In this document: positions 62,082-64,000 of the stretch, piece after piece
Numbering within the stretch: the first letter of the stretch is position 1
How the letters are laid out: each line of letters begins with the position of its first letter
Program-made: the position numbers and the translations under genes
Notes under the pieces: model-generated
Told to the model about the DNA's origin: nothing
The model's input: only the letters and a program-made list of their open reading frames with translations
Databases searched by the model: none
Assembly (NCBI GenBank): GCA_036172245.1
Contig: JAYWIR010000060.1
Coordinates: 558,001-622,000, forward strand
Direction: 5' to 3'
Length of the DNA stretch: 64,000 nt
DNA from: Raillietiella orientalis
Taxonomy: Eukaryota

Positions 62082-64000
62082 TTCTCGCCTGTCACGCAGG
62101 GGCGTTCATTCCATATAACATAAACAAAAAAACAATTCTACAAAATAAACCAGCTGGGAACCGAACTCCCATCCAACGACTCAACAAGAATGAAGAGAAT
62201 ATTGCTGGCACGCAGGCCAGAGTAACAATTTTGCGAACGGTGTAGGGGGGGCAGGGAACACAAAGAAACCAAAATAAAATAAAAACAATGAATAAGGAGG
62301 AAGGAATAAGGGTCTTTGGAATCGCTCTGGAAGACACGGGGATAGAAGCATGGGCACCGGAAATTTTACCGAGCGTACGGGGACGGGGTATGGGTGGGCG
62401 AGAGGTCGCAGGGGTCACCGGATTACGCCGTTCTCAAAGGTTTTTAAACCGGCGATGTATGCCGGTGATGTCCTCATTCACCTTGTCACGAAGATGAGAC
62501 CACCTTGAAGCTTTCTCCATGAATTGAGCTGCAAGCAGGTGAGCCTCCCTTCGCTGCGCTGACAACTTCAGGGCGTAGCGGGCCTTCACGATGGCGCGAA
62601 CGCAACACATGGTTGCGACAATCGCGCTAACCGAAAGTCCATTTCTGCTGAAGAAGCGCCGCAGCACATCAATGGCAGTGCCTCCTTGTGGCATGATGGC
62701 CGAAGTGAGCCTTCGCCACAGTTCCCGGAGGTCACCGCAGTCCAGCAAAAGGTGCGGAAAAGACTCGATCTATCCGCACCTTAAACAGTTTGGCAAGGCA
62801 GCTCCCCCGGAAACGATGCTTCGCTGCCTATTACAGTGTAATGCACAATGTAAAAACAGCAGCACATCTTGTTTCCACTTTAGGGGGAACACGGAGCTGT
62901 CCAAACAAACGGGGGGAACCACTATCTCTACGGGGGGCACACTGAAATGTTCGCTCCACCGAAGCAGACCCTTCGCCCGATTCCGAGGAGTGGCGACTTG
63001 CACCAGATCCTTTGTCGTCCAGCTGCCGAGTAGCTTACTGACTCCCGCTATTTTGCAGGAGAACTTCCATTCCGCCGGTAGGCAACCGTCGTTGCTTGCC
63101 CTGAGGGCAGACAGCGCTGCGGCGAGTGGTGTGGCGGCCAGACGATCCGACAACTTCTTGTCCTGCATGACTTCGTCCATTTGATGACTGAGGAGAAGTC
63201 GCAGGCGTCGAAGATGTTCCAAGCGCGTTCCTTCGGAAGCTGCCCACGATGAAAAAGATTCCTGCCGCCATGCATCTATGTTCATGGGGCGGCATGAGAT
63301 CCAGCTTTGGGCTTCCAGCAGTGAGGACAGCTGCCTCAGCGGGAAGCCAAACCCTATTCTGGTGTGCCGAAAGTGGGGTAGCAACGAAAGCAGTCCCTCG
63401 CTTCCCGTGCAGCGCCTCAGGATAAGGCGTGCGGGTAAGCACCACGGCGTACACCACAGCTTGGCACAGAGCCGCAGCATGCGGAACTGCACCTGCAGTT
63501 CGATGCTGTTTAAGTCGAGGATGCCCAAGCCTGCATCCTGACGCGGCGCCACGAAATCTGTAAGTCTAACACGGGATCTTGCAGCGCCCCACAACGCTTT
63601 GCGTAGAAGACGCTGCGCCCAGACTTTGACTTCCTGGTAGGGTGGACAAACAAAAAACAGGGGGCGGAGGAGGGGGGCAACGAAGGTGTTCCAGATGTAG
63701 GCCCGTTCCGGCAAGACGAACTCGCCTCCTGAAAACGGGACAAGTGCACGTTCTGCCTTCCGAAGGCAGTCCGACCACGCTTCTATGATGCAGATGTCGC
63801 CCAACGGCACGCCAAGGTACCTGAGGTACCTGCCCGTGGGGATCCCCAGGTCGATCCAGTCGGACTGCCCCTCCCACGTCGCACCCACCGGAACAACCAT
63901 ACACTTACTCCTGTTAACGCTCACGCCCGCACCGCGACGAATCAACTCAAAGAAGCCTTCAAGCGATGTCGCCGGGGTGGACATGGGCAACAGGAGAAGC
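62082..64000 (-). mobile_element. E15: E10-family element (3' UTR + ORF2 C-terminal half), runs off the window
   Basis: ORF 62770..63990 is about 95% identical (by eye) to E10 ORF 48995..50728; same 3' UTR. Confidence 0.95.

Noticed and set aside
24061..62082. One universal target consensus for all elements
   Set aside because: Sequences after the 3' ends differ between subfamilies (ATCTC.., AGCAG.., ACGAC.., TGGAG.., GCCTC..); any specificity is subfamily-level.
23500..64000. snRNA, tRNA, 5S or microsatellite targets typical of Tx1 elements; LTRs or integrase; CRISPR arrays; bacterial retron or group II intron RTs
   Set aside because: No such sequences recognised at any junction; APE + RT + gag-knuckle architecture and spliceosomal introns indicate eukaryotic non-LTR elements.

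Overview
Eukaryotic (probably invertebrate animal), GC-rich window with two halves. Left (about 1-23.5 kb): mostly unassignable GC-rich sequence. It holds a short-intron host gene encoding an SH3 + SAM protein (SASH1/SAMSN1-like, about 15.9-17.1 kb), a 557-bp AT-rich foldback element, a pogo/Tigger-like MITE, a probable decayed Tc1 transposase, two local duplications and one retrotransposon 3' end. Right (about 23.5-64 kb): an unbroken nest of 14 L1/Tx1-clade non-LTR retrotransposon copies or fragments (E2-E15; E1 is at the window start). They have ORF1 (RRM + CCHC knuckles) and ORF2 (APE endonuclease + RT + zinc finger). The elements insert into the coding regions of their own relatives, almost always antisense (11 of 12 junctions I could read). 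The same nucleotide position or neighbourhood is hit repeatedly, and there is a three-level nest with readable target-site duplications. Nine 3' ends lack poly(A) and share a two-hairpin structure (CUGCGY hexaloop on covarying stems, then AATAAA-CG and a terminal hairpin). ORF1/ORF2 are coupled by TAATG/TGATG overlaps. All identities are by-eye estimates; no searches were run.
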